Below, piece after piece: positions 29,380-38,308 of a stretch of DNA of 64,000 nt. The translations under genes and the position numbers were made by a program. Under the pieces are notes generated by a model that did no database searches, had not been told where the DNA came from, and worked only from the letters and a program-made list of their open reading frames with translations. Source of the stretch: a bacterium (lineage in GTDB: Bacteria > UBA8248); assembly GCA_965203325.1 (NCBI GenBank), contig OZ241875.1, positions 4,000,001 through 4,064,000 on the forward strand, read 5' to 3'. The first letter of the stretch is position 1. Each line of letters opens with the position of its first letter.

Positions 29380-32223
29380 AAACTTGACAGAAACAAAATC
29401 TTTTCATTCATGCTGGCGGCTGCCTTCGCGCTGACGCTGGCGGGCTGCGGTGGCGGCGGCACTGCTACTGCGCCTGACGATGATGGCGGCACGATAGTGG
29501 AGACACCTTATAGCAAAGCGGTTGCGGCAATCGCGGCAGCCGAGACGGAGGCAGATGCGCGGGCGGCGGTCACCACGGCAGTGGCCGCCGGCATCTCGGG
29601 CACGGAGCTCCAGGACCTGAACACGAAGGTCGCCGAGCGCGTGGAGGCCCTGGCCCTGATGGCCCGGATCGATGCGCAGAAGATGGCGATGATGAACGCG
29701 GCCGGCATGATCGACACGTCCGACCTGACGACTCAGGCTGCGATCAATGCGGCCGAGGCCGCCATCGCCGTGCTGAAGAGGGCGATCGCCGCCGCGGCCG
29801 ACGTCGACGACACGTCGATGTACGACGCGCAGGTGACCGCGGCCGAGACAGACGTGGCGACCGCGCAGAGCGCTCTGGACCATGCGGCCCAGACGATGGC
29901 GCTCATGAATGCCGTCGATGACCTTCAGGCAATCGACCTGGCCGACCTGTCGACAAAGGAGAAGATCGACGCCGCCCAGGGCGCCATCGACGCGCTTCAG
30001 ACGGCGCTGGACAACGCGACAGAACTGAGCGCTGCCGAGAAGACCGCGGCCATGACCGAGCTGGGGACCGCCAATCGGGCCGTGGCGAGTGCGCAGGGCA
30101 GGTACGACACCGCAGCCCAGAAGAAGGCGCTCGCCGATGCCGTTGCCACCCTGGCCGCTCTCGACCTCGACAACCTGATGACGCAGGCGCAGATCGACGC
30201 GGCCGTGGCAGCCATCACCGGGGTTAATCTGGCTCTGCAGTCGGCGACCAATCTGACCGACGCCGAGAAGCTCGACGCCACCGTCGACGTGACGGTGGCC
30301 CAGCGGAAGGTGGACCGTGCGGAGACGGCTCTCGACGAGAATGTCGGCCGGCAGCGCATGGCGCTGATGGAAGCCGGCACGGCCCTTGCCGCCATCGACC
30401 TCGACGATCTGGACACGCCGGAAAAGATCACCGCGGCCAACGATGCCGTTAACGCGCTCAAGGCGGCGCTGGACGGGGCGACCCACCTGAGCGATTCCGA
30501 AAAGGCCACGTACCAGACCCAACTGAACGAGGCCACGGAGGACGTGAGGATGGCGCAGACCGGCATGGACCGCGCCGGTCGCATGATGGCCCAGCGCACG
30601 GCGATCACGAGTGCCGTCACGATGGCCCGCACTGCGGTCGCGGGTGTGAGCGACACCTCGACCGATAGCGAGGTTGCTGCTGCGGACGCGGCGGTTGCCG
30701 CTCTCAAGAAGGCGATCGACGATGCGGTAGACCTTCCCGAAGGCGATACCGACGTTGCCAGCGCCAGGGGAACGCTCGCCACGCTCGAGCCGCAGCTAGC
30801 CGCCGCCAAGACGAGCCGCACGGCCGCGTTGGAGGAAAAGGCCAAGGCGGATCGGGCGGCCATGGCGAAAACCGGCAAGGATCTGCACGCGGCGCTGGGG
30901 CCGCCTGCTGCGGCTGACACGACCGCGCTGGACAACATCGAGGCACTAACAGCAAGCTCCTTGGTGACATCAGGGGCGACACCAGGCCTTACGATCGACG
31001 CCGTTCAAGGAGCGGGAACGCTCCACGATACTGATGCTGCCGGAAACCCAGACGCCGTGCGCCTCAATCCTGGCGATTCCGCCGGATCGTTGGGCGGTTG
31101 GGAAGGCACGAACTATGCCCGTTCCCAGGGTAGTGGTAGCGCGATGGTCACCAACGAAGCCAGGATCTACACCAACAAGGGTCCAGGGACGACCCGGCCC
31201 TTTAGCAATACAGAGACAAACGGAAAGTACTTGCTCATAACCGCATCGGGCGCGACTAAGGGTCACGTGCTGCTGGGCGATACCACTTCGGGGCAGGAAA
31301 GCCCGGTCACGCGCGCCAGTGCTCCCGCCTTCACGCACTCGGGAACACAGACTCACCAAGTGCCCGACGAGAGCGACGCATTCTACACCAGCGGCACCTA
31401 CGACGGCGCGCCTGGGCGATTCCGTTGCGTGGACACGTCTGCTACGGATCGTTGCTCCTCGACCAACGACGGCACAGGCAGGGTGAGTGCCTTGGGTGGA
31501 ACTTGGCATTTCAAGCCCGATGCCGGCGCGATGGTGATGGAGGCCGATGCCCACTACCTGTATTACGGCTGGTGGGTGAGTAAGGACGATGAGGGCAAGC
31601 CGACGGCGGCCAGCGCGTTCGTGGGTAGATTTGGGACCCCCGGTGATGACTCCGCCACTGACGATGATGGCCTCAACGCTGGATGGACCGGTGGCTTTGA
31701 CGCTCTCACCGGCGCGGCGGCTCTTACCGGTTCGGCGACCTATTCTGGCAATGCCGCCGGCAAGTTCGCCATAAGCAACCCGTTCGACGGCACCGGCAAC
31801 GGCGGTCACTTCACGGCGGACGCCGAGTTTCAGGCGAAGTTCAGTGGTTCTTCTGGCGTCGGTATATCCGGCACCATCGACAACTTCCGGCTGAACGACG
31901 GGACCGAAGACCCGGGCTGGAGCGTGTCGCTGGGGCTCAGGGGCTTTGGCACCGACGGAGCCATCGGTGCTGCCGTGGACATTCCCACGACGACTGTTAA
32001 TGAGTCAGCGGCTGGCGCCGGCACGGTCTGGACCATTGGCGGCAATTCGGCGGCGCGGTCCGGCATCTGGGGCGGCACGATGTATGAAGAGACGCCGGGT
32101 GATCCCAGTGCTACCGGACCCGGCGACGGCAGCAACATCCCGGACACGGTGACCGGAACCTTCTACTCCGAGTTCAGCACCATCGGCCGGATGGTCGGCG
32201 CGTTCGGCGCGGAGAAGCAGTAG
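29374..32223 (+). CDS. Surface lipoprotein with Ala-rich helical repeats and a C-terminal transferrin-binding-protein-like beta-barrel
   Basis: Lipobox LAGC followed by GGGG; ~77-aa repeats (IDL.DL.T...I.AA..AI.AL..AL..AT.L...EK); YLYYGWW, GSATYSGNAAG, FTADA, ISGTIDNF, terminal MVGAFGAEKQ. Confidence 0.8.
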   Translation: MMKLDRNKIFSFMLAAAFALTLAGCGGGGTATAPDDDGGTIVETPYSKAVAAIAAAETEADARAAVTTAVAAGISGTELQDLNTKVAERVEALALMARIDAQKMAMMNAAGMIDTSDLTTQAAINAAEAAIAVLKRAIAAAADVDDTSMYDAQVTAAETDVATAQSALDHAAQTMALMNAVDDLQAIDLADLSTKEKIDAAQGAIDALQTALDNATELSAAEKTAAMTELGTANRAVASAQGRYDTAAQKKALADAVATLAALDLDNLMTQAQIDAAVAAITGVNLALQSATNLTDAEKLDATVDVTVAQRKVDRAETALDENVGRQRMALMEAGTALAAIDLDDLDTPEKITAANDAVNALKAALDGATHLSDSEKATYQTQLNEATEDVRMAQTGMDRAGRMMAQRTAITSAVTMARTAVAGVSDTSTDSEVAAADAAVAALKKAIDDAVDLPEGDTDVASARGTLATLEPQLAAAKTSRTAALEEKAKADRAAMAKTGKDLHAALGPPAAADTTALDNIEALTASSLVTSGATPGLTIDAVQGAGTLHDTDAAGNPDAVRLNPGDSAGSLGGWEGTNYARSQGSGSAMVTNEARIYTNKGPGTTRPFSNTETNGKYLLITASGATKGHVLLGDTTSGQESPVTRASAPAFTHSGTQTHQVPDESDAFYTSGTYDGAPGRFRCVDTSATDRCSSTNDGTGRVSALGGTWHFKPDAGAMVMEADAHYLYYGWWVSKDDEGKPTAASAFVGRFGTPGDDSATDDDGLNAGWTGGFDALTGAAALTGSATYSGNAAGKFAISNPFDGTGNGGHFTADAEFQAKFSGSSGVGISGTIDNFRLNDGTEDPGWSVSLGLRGFGTDGAIGAAVDIPTTTVNESAAGAGTVWTIGGNSAARSGIWGGTMYEETPGDPSATGPGDGSNIPDTVTGTFYSEFSTIGRMVGAFGAEKQ

Positions 32224-32250
32224 CAGCGAAGAGCACGACGCCTACGGCTT

Positions 32251-32270
32251 CCGGGGCTTCACGGCCCCGG
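32251..32270 (+). terminator. GC hairpin just after the lipoprotein stop
   Basis: CCGGGGC-TTCACG-GCCCCGG; weak U-tract. Confidence 0.4.
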
Positions 32271-32340
32271 GGCCGGGGCGTGTTTCATAAGTTGAGAAGC
32301 AGGAAAGGGCAGGTTGCCGGGAAAGAGCGAGTGACCCTTG

Positions 32341-32446
32341 GGGGGTTACTCATTGGTTGCTCTACATCGTCGGGAGCAAATTGTACCGGCCCATGCTACA
32401 GAGTTTGAGTCCTCTCGGTTTGGGACGGGAATAATGAGTAACCCCC
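32341..32446. mobile_element. 106-bp MITE-like element with 14-bp perfect terminal inverted repeats
   Basis: GGGGGTTACTCATT (32341-32354) and AATGAGTAACCCCC (32433-32446). Confidence 0.55.
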
Positions 32447-32813
32447 AGCCAGCTTTATATTATGTTGGTTGTAGGAGGGAATAAATCAAACGCTCCCGCA
32501 TTGGTCGCGTTTGACCCCCATCCAGCTTAATACGCGGTTCGGGCGCGTTTGGCAAGCCCGGACAAATGGATGCAAAGAGGCGGCCCACGATAAGCGGGCC
32601 GTCTTTTTTTGTTTCCGCACGACCCCCCCCTACCCCCTTGAGAGGAGTCAAACGCGAGTGATGAACGAGCGTTTGCATGAACCATTGACGAGAAACACAT
32701 CGTCTTGCAAAACCTCCCTCTTCGGTCGGTTTTGACCCCTGTCAAGGGGGGGTAGGGGGGGTTGGTTTTCAGGGCGGGGGAGGGCGCGCCGAACGCGCCC
32801 GCTCGCCGCTTCG

Positions 32814-33233
32814 CTATTTATTCTTCGAGTGGTCTTGAATCATTTCTCCTGGACTGCTTCTTAAATCAACATCCGGAACAATCTGCCGAGGCTTGAACGT
32901 GATCCGGTGATGGAAGACGCTCACGTCCGCCGTGTCGAGTTGCTCCGCAAAATACGTCACATTATCGCTCAACCCCAAAAAATGTTTCTTGAAACTGTCG
33001 CTCCCCAGCTTGCATGTAACTTCGAGCTGGTTCTCCTGATCCTCAATCGAGCACCGCCCCTCGATTGTCAACATATAAGTATCCGTAATCCCGTTGTAGA
33101 ATACGATTCTCCGGTCGATCTCGAAATTGTCCGCCGACTTCGACAGATTATACGATGCGATATCCGCATCGTCCTGACACCCCGCTGCCAGAAACATCAA
33201 GAACATGGCAATGGCCAACCGCTTTATCCGCAT
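32814..33233 (-). CDS. Small lipoprotein resembling a widespread phage-associated family
   Basis: Lipobox AAGC, then ADIASYNLSKSADNFEIDRRIVFYNGITD.YMLTIEGRCS...KKHFLGLSDNVTYF; lower GC than neighbours. Confidence 0.7.
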   Translation of the reverse strand: MRIKRLAIAMFLMFLAAGCQDDADIASYNLSKSADNFEIDRRIVFYNGITDTYMLTIEGRCSIEDQENQLEVTCKLGSDSFKKHFLGLSDNVTYFAEQLDTADVSVFHHRITFKPRQIVPDVDLRSSPGEMIQDHSKNK

Positions 33234-33743
33234 GGCGTCTTTTCCCCGATGGCGTTTTCCGCACATTTTCAGTTCCCTCCCTCATTTCTCTCCTCTGGTA
33301 ACGTATTGAATCCCCATGAAAAGAGGGGCCGCGCCTCGTCAAGCGTCCAGGCGCCGCGAACCCCCCTCCTCGGGGTTATCGAAAAAGTCCTTGCGGGTCG
33401 GTCGGGATTCTATTGCAGGCGGCGGTCCTTCCCCGGGACCGCCCCACGCATACATGCGGGTCTTGTCGTGGGTGAAAAAATCAGGGTCATCTGGAACTCT
33501 CGTGGACGCCCAGTATAAGAAGGTGTTCCGCGCGTCGTCAAACATCCGCGGGGCGGGGGCGCATTTCCCCGCATTTGCCGTACTCCGTGAAATCGCGTAC
33601 TCGGGTATCGTGCGCGCGAAGCGGGGAAACGGCGATCCCTGCTCGAACCATCGGGAGCGATCGCCCCGGGGAGAGGAGGCTTTCTGATGGAATCAGGCGA
33701 GGGGGCGAGGGTGGAAGCGGCGAATCCCCCAATGCCCTTGTCA

Positions 33744-34027
33744 GGGTTGTCGAAAAACCCTGAAACTCTGGATTTGTCGTATATAACCGACCGACGAGAG
33801 AGAAAAATCACTCCCCCCTTGAGGGGGAGTCGAGGAAGCCGAGCGGTTTGTGCGAAGGCTGAATCGGTGGGGGGTAAAATGCGTCTTATCGCCACTCCGA
33901 ATTATACCCCCCACCGAATCGCTTTCGGGCTTTCGCCCTCAGCTCTTCGACTCCCCCTCAAGGGGGGAGTGAACTTCAAAAGCGTGCGCTCAATCAAAAT
34001 TGCTCCACGGGACTTTTCCAACAGCCC
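33744..34027. mobile_element. MITE-like element enclosing a family-B element (33808-33972)
   Basis: GGGTTGTCGAAAAA...TTTTCCAACAGCCC ends; inner 26-bp perfect inverted repeat TCACTCCCCCCTTGAGGGGGAGTCGA. Confidence 0.65.
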
Positions 34028-34295
34028 CTCCTCCAAGGGGTTTTTTCCCGCCGAGGGCGGCGCGCATGGATGCGGGAACGAGGCGGGAAATGAAAATAAT
34101 GATATTTCCCGTAAAATACGATAAATACCGATAAATTCCTGAAAATGTTCGAGGCGGAAACTATCATGAGTATTTGCTTTGATTCAAAGATATGCCGGGA
34201 TATAATAAAGTATTACTTTAAGAAATTATCGAAATTTATCGAATTGAAAAAGTTTTTCTGAACCCCGCATTTGCCCGCAATTGCCCGCGCGGGCC

Positions 34296-34829
34296 TCACG
34301 CCTTCTCCAGCCACACGCCGTCCTCGCCGTCGACCTCACGCACCCGTACCCGGATGCGCTCGGCGAGCGCGGTGGGCACGTTCTTTCCGATGAAGTCGGG
34401 GCGGAAGGGGAGCTCGCGGTGGCCCCGGTCGATGAGGGCGGCGAGCCATATCTTGCGCGGGCGGCCCAGCTCCATCAGGGCGTCGATGGCCGCGCGCGCG
34501 GTCCTGCCCGTGAAGAACACGTCGTCGACGAGGAACACGCCGCGGCCCGTCAGGTCGAAATCGATGAGGGTGCGCTCGAAGCCGCGCCCCTCGGCGGGGT
34601 GGCCGCCGTCGTCGCGGTGGAGCCCGATGTCGAGCGCGCCCAGGGGCGGCGAGATGCCCTCCATCTCCTCGATGTGCCCCGCAAGCCGCCGCGCGAGCGG
34701 CTCGCCCCGGGTGAGCACCCCGATGAGGGCGACGTCCGCCGCCGCCGCGCACGCCTCCACCATCTCGGAGGCTATCCTCTTGAGCGAGAGTTCGAGTTCT
34801 GGCGCCGTCATGATGGCGATTCGCGTCAT
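34296..34829 (-). CDS. pyrR: Bifunctional pyrimidine attenuation regulator/uracil phosphoribosyltransferase
   Basis: GALDIGLHRDD, LVDDVFFTGRTARAA, LIDRGHRELP.RPDFIGKNVPT. Confidence 0.92.
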   Translation of the reverse strand: MTRIAIMTAPELELSLKRIASEMVEACAAAADVALIGVLTRGEPLARRLAGHIEEMEGISPPLGALDIGLHRDDGGHPAEGRGFERTLIDFDLTGRGVFLVDDVFFTGRTARAAIDALMELGRPRKIWLAALIDRGHRELPFRPDFIGKNVPTALAERIRVRVREVDGEDGVWLEKA

Positions 34830-34895
34830 GGGGGTGTCCAGCGTCGGCGGAAAGCGGGTTCAGGCCATCCTAGCGCCGATGGGTCCGCGGATCAA

Positions 34896-36221
34896 TCAAT
34901 CGCCCGGGAGCGGAAAATGCCGCCGGGCGAAATCCCGGGCCTCCTCCTCCGTGGAGATGCGGCCTTCGAGTTGCTCGTCCTCTATCGCGGTGAGGATTTC
35001 TCCCAGCCCAGGCCCCGGCGGGTAGCCCATCGCCATGAGTTCGCGACCGTCGAGCAGGCGCGGCGGGCGCAAGCCTTCCGCGTGAATTTCCCGGAGTTTC
35101 CGCGTGCAGAATTCATGGGTCCGCAGGTTCTCGTGGCTGGCGAGGCAGTCGACGCGGTGGAGTTCGAGCAGTTCCTCGAAATACGGCTCGCGCAGGAAGC
35201 GCTTGAGGCGGCTCTCGCGCATTTTCTCGACGTGCATGAAGCGCATGTGGTTCGCGACCAGATCGCGGATTCTCGACCCCTGCGCGTTGGGCATGCGGAG
35301 CCTCCCGCAGACCTCTTCGCTCATCGCCGCGCCGACCTTGTCGTGCCCGTTGAAGCGGATCCTGTCCGTCTCGATATATGTAGCCGGTTTCCCCACGTCG
35401 TGGAGCAGTATCCCCCAGGCGAGCGTCGGCGAGGCGGAGCGTTTCTTGATACGCAGCATGGCGAGCACGTGCGTCCACACGTCGCCTTCGGGGTGAAATT
35501 CCGGCGGCTGCGCCACGCCCTTCATGGCGGCGACTTCGGGCAGGACGTGTTCCAGGAGGCCCGTGGAACCCAAGGCGGCGAAAGCGGCGTCGGCGTTTTC
35601 CCCGGTCAGTATCGCCGTCAGTTCGTCGCGTATTCTCTCGGGGCTGATTTTCCCGATGCGCCCCGCACCCGCTTTGATGGCGGCGGCGGTCGCCGGCTCG
35701 ATCGCGAAGCCGAACCTCGCCGAGAAGCGAGCCGCCCGCATCATCCGCAGGTGGTCTTCGCCGAACCTCAAGCCCGGCTCGCCGATGGCCCGGATGATTC
35801 CCTCGTCCATATCGCGCCGGCCGCCCACGTAATCAAGGAGTTGGTCGTTCGATACGTCGTAAAACATCCCGTTGATGGTGAAATCGCGCCGGTTCGCGTC
35901 GCCTTTTTCATCGGAGGGACGAACCGAGTCGGGGCGCCTCCCGTCGCCGTAGGGGCCGTCTTCGCGGAACTGCGCCACCTCGAACTCCCGGTCATCCACC
36001 CGCACGCGCACCACGCCGAACTGCGCCCCCACTGCGACGGTTTTCTCGAAGAGGCCCCCCACGGCTTCGGGCGCCGCGTCCGTGGCGATGTCCCAGTCCT
36101 TCGGCTCATGGCCGAGCAGGGCGTCCCGCACGCACCCGCCCGCCAGGAGCGCCCGGTGGCCCGAGTCTTCCAGCGTCTTGATAATGCGAATCGCCGCTTC
36201 GGGCGGCCGTATGTTCAACAT
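34896..36221 (-). CDS. cca: CCA-adding enzyme/poly(A) polymerase family with HD domain
   Basis: GGCVRD.LLG..PKDWDIAT, RRDFTIN, EDHLRMMRA.RF, HPEGDVWTH, LLHDVGKP. Confidence 0.88.
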   Translation of the reverse strand: MLNIRPPEAAIRIIKTLEDSGHRALLAGGCVRDALLGHEPKDWDIATDAAPEAVGGLFEKTVAVGAQFGVVRVRVDDREFEVAQFREDGPYGDGRRPDSVRPSDEKGDANRRDFTINGMFYDVSNDQLLDYVGGRRDMDEGIIRAIGEPGLRFGEDHLRMMRAARFSARFGFAIEPATAAAIKAGAGRIGKISPERIRDELTAILTGENADAAFAALGSTGLLEHVLPEVAAMKGVAQPPEFHPEGDVWTHVLAMLRIKKRSASPTLAWGILLHDVGKPATYIETDRIRFNGHDKVGAAMSEEVCGRLRMPNAQGSRIRDLVANHMRFMHVEKMRESRLKRFLREPYFEELLELHRVDCLASHENLRTHEFCTRKLREIHAEGLRPPRLLDGRELMAMGYPPGPGLGEILTAIEDEQLEGRISTEEEARDFARRHFPLPGD

Positions 36222-36358
36222 CGTCACCCCGCCGTGGTTGAAATGACCGAACCTCGATACTACGATAGGCCCAATTCCGGGTGCGGGCAAACCCTCGTTC
36301 GGGGAGCCGCCCGCCCGTTTCAGAGCCGCCCGCCCGCGCGTTGATTGCTGGAGGAGCA

Positions 36359-37375
36359 ATGGCGTCCCGTTTCGCGAGAATACTCGTTTTTTGCGTCGTT
36401 ATCCCGGCGTCGGTGAACCTCGCTCATGGCGCGCCCCTGGACGAGAAATCGATCGATCTCGGGCTCGAACAGGTCGCCGCGGGCGATTATTCCGCGGCGT
36501 CTGATGCGTTCGACCGGGTGATAGCGTCCGCGCCCGGGCGGCCCGAGGGATATTTTTTCAAGGCGTCCGTTTTCCACATCCTGAAAGGCCATATTCGGCG
36601 CAAAGAGTATCAGGAGATCTGGCGGGAAAACGCCGAGAAGGCGATGGCCCTCTCCGAGGCGTTGCTTGAGAAAAACCCCGAAGACACGAGAGCGCTCCTC
36701 CTCGCCGGCCTGACGGAGGGCATGCGCATCGTCGATGCGCTCGACAGCAGCAGCTATCTCACCGCGTTCCTGCGGGCCGGCGCTATGCAGAATCATCTCG
36801 AAAAAGCGGTCGAACTGGAGCCGAAACTCTATGACGCCTACTACGGGCTGGGGGTTTACCACATCCGGGGAAGCACCGAGAGTTGGGTGAGGATGTTCCG
36901 GTTCTTCATCGGCGATACGAGTGCGAAGGGCCGAAAGTATCTGCGCCGCGCGGTGGACGGGAAAGGCTGGATATCCAACTCGGCGCGGCTGGCCCTCATC
37001 TGGGCGCAGTTGCGGGCGGAGAAATTCCAGGAGGCGAGAGGGGACGTCGAATTCCTGCGTGCGCGCTATCCCAAAAACGTCTTGTACGAGGTCGCCCATG
37101 CGGAGAGCTTTTTCATCGCCGAGGATTACCCGCGTGCGCGGGCGGAATATGTGAAACTGCTGTCCCGGTTGAAGGAGCCGGAAGACGAGATTTTGAGCCT
37201 GTACCGCGAATTTTCAAAATGGCGGGTGATGCGTTGCGATTACGCATCCGGCAAACACCAGGACGTGGAGGAGGAAACCAGGGAGTTGCTCACCGAAAAA
37301 CACATGTACGCCTCCCTGATGGAGCAGATTCGTCTGGAACTGGAATCCGCGGCCGGCGTGTTGAAAGAGAAATGA
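36359..37375 (+). CDS. Exported TPR-repeat protein
   Basis: Signal-like N-terminus; LEKAVELEPKLYDAYYGLG TPR pattern. Confidence 0.75.
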   Translation: MASRFARILVFCVVIPASVNLAHGAPLDEKSIDLGLEQVAAGDYSAASDAFDRVIASAPGRPEGYFFKASVFHILKGHIRRKEYQEIWRENAEKAMALSEALLEKNPEDTRALLLAGLTEGMRIVDALDSSSYLTAFLRAGAMQNHLEKAVELEPKLYDAYYGLGVYHIRGSTESWVRMFRFFIGDTSAKGRKYLRRAVDGKGWISNSARLALIWAQLRAEKFQEARGDVEFLRARYPKNVLYEVAHAESFFIAEDYPRARAEYVKLLSRLKEPEDEILSLYREFSKWRVMRCDYASGKHQDVEEETRELLTEKHMYASLMEQIRLELESAAGVLKEK

Positions 37376-38226
37376 TGCGCTATTCGAGAGTGCGGGGCGG
37401 CCTGGTTGGTTTCCTGGTCATTTTCGCGATCTCCCTGCATGCGGGTTTCGCGTGGTCCGCTCCCGTCAGCGTGGACCTGGAACTCGTCCTGGCCGTAGAC
37501 GTTTCCGGCAGCGTGGACGAGGAGGAGGGGAGGCTCCAGCGGATGGGATACGTGAACGCCTTTCGCTCCCCTGCTGTTTTGCGCGCCATCCAATCCGGCA
37601 GGCGCAAAAGCATTGCGGTCACCTACATGGAGTGGGCGGGCTTCGATTTTCAGAGAATTATCGTGGGCTGGAAGCGGATTCACGACGGCGCGAGCGCCGA
37701 GGCGTTCGCTTACCTGCTCTCCCAGGCGCCGATAGGGGTGGGGCCCTACACGTCGATAAGCGGCGCGATAGAATTCGCGCTGCCGCTGTTCGAGAACAAC
37801 GGATTCACGAGCGAGCGCCGCACCATCGACATTTCCGGGGACGGGCCGAACAACAGCGGGGACTACGTGACGAATGCGCGGGACAGGGCGCTACGGGCCG
37901 GCGTGACGATAAACGGGCTTCCCATCGTGAACAACCGGCCGAGTCCCTGGGGAAGGAAGCCGATGCCGAACCTGGATTTGTACTACAGGAAATGCGTCAT
38001 CGGGGGCAGACGCTCTTTCCTGGTGGTCGCGAATGACTTCAAGTCTTTCGGTCGCGCCATCCGCAGGAAACTGATTCTGGAGATTGTCGGCCTGCCGGGG
38101 AGGGAGGGGCGGCAACAGGCGCATGACCGGCGCCAGCCGAAGGAAGGCCCTGTTCTGGTGTCGAGGGCCGCCCCGCCGTGTGACGCCGGCGAGAAGCGGC
38201 GCAGAAGCTGGACGGATGAGTATTAA
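37372..38226 (+). CDS. DUF1194 (VWA-like) exported protein
   Basis: VDLELVLAVDVSGSVD, TSISGAI, IDISGDGPNN, YY..CVIGG. Confidence 0.85.
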   Translation: MMRYSRVRGGLVGFLVIFAISLHAGFAWSAPVSVDLELVLAVDVSGSVDEEEGRLQRMGYVNAFRSPAVLRAIQSGRRKSIAVTYMEWAGFDFQRIIVGWKRIHDGASAEAFAYLLSQAPIGVGPYTSISGAIEFALPLFENNGFTSERRTIDISGDGPNNSGDYVTNARDRALRAGVTINGLPIVNNRPSPWGRKPMPNLDLYYRKCVIGGRRSFLVVANDFKSFGRAIRRKLILEIVGLPGREGRQQAHDRRQPKEGPVLVSRAAPPCDAGEKRRRSWTDEY

Positions 38227-38308
38227 ATTTTCACGTATGCCTGATAAAGTATGAGGCGGGATATTCCAATCGTTCGATAATTTTCGGACTGTTTCTCAAA
38301 ACCGAGGA

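Noticed and set aside
32445..32470. dif site (TATATTATGTT)
   Set aside because: Only part of the XerD arm matches; there is no XerC arm.
33339..33732. Possible glycoside-hydrolase-like gene fragment (FLYWAST)
   Set aside because: Too short and broken to support without a search.
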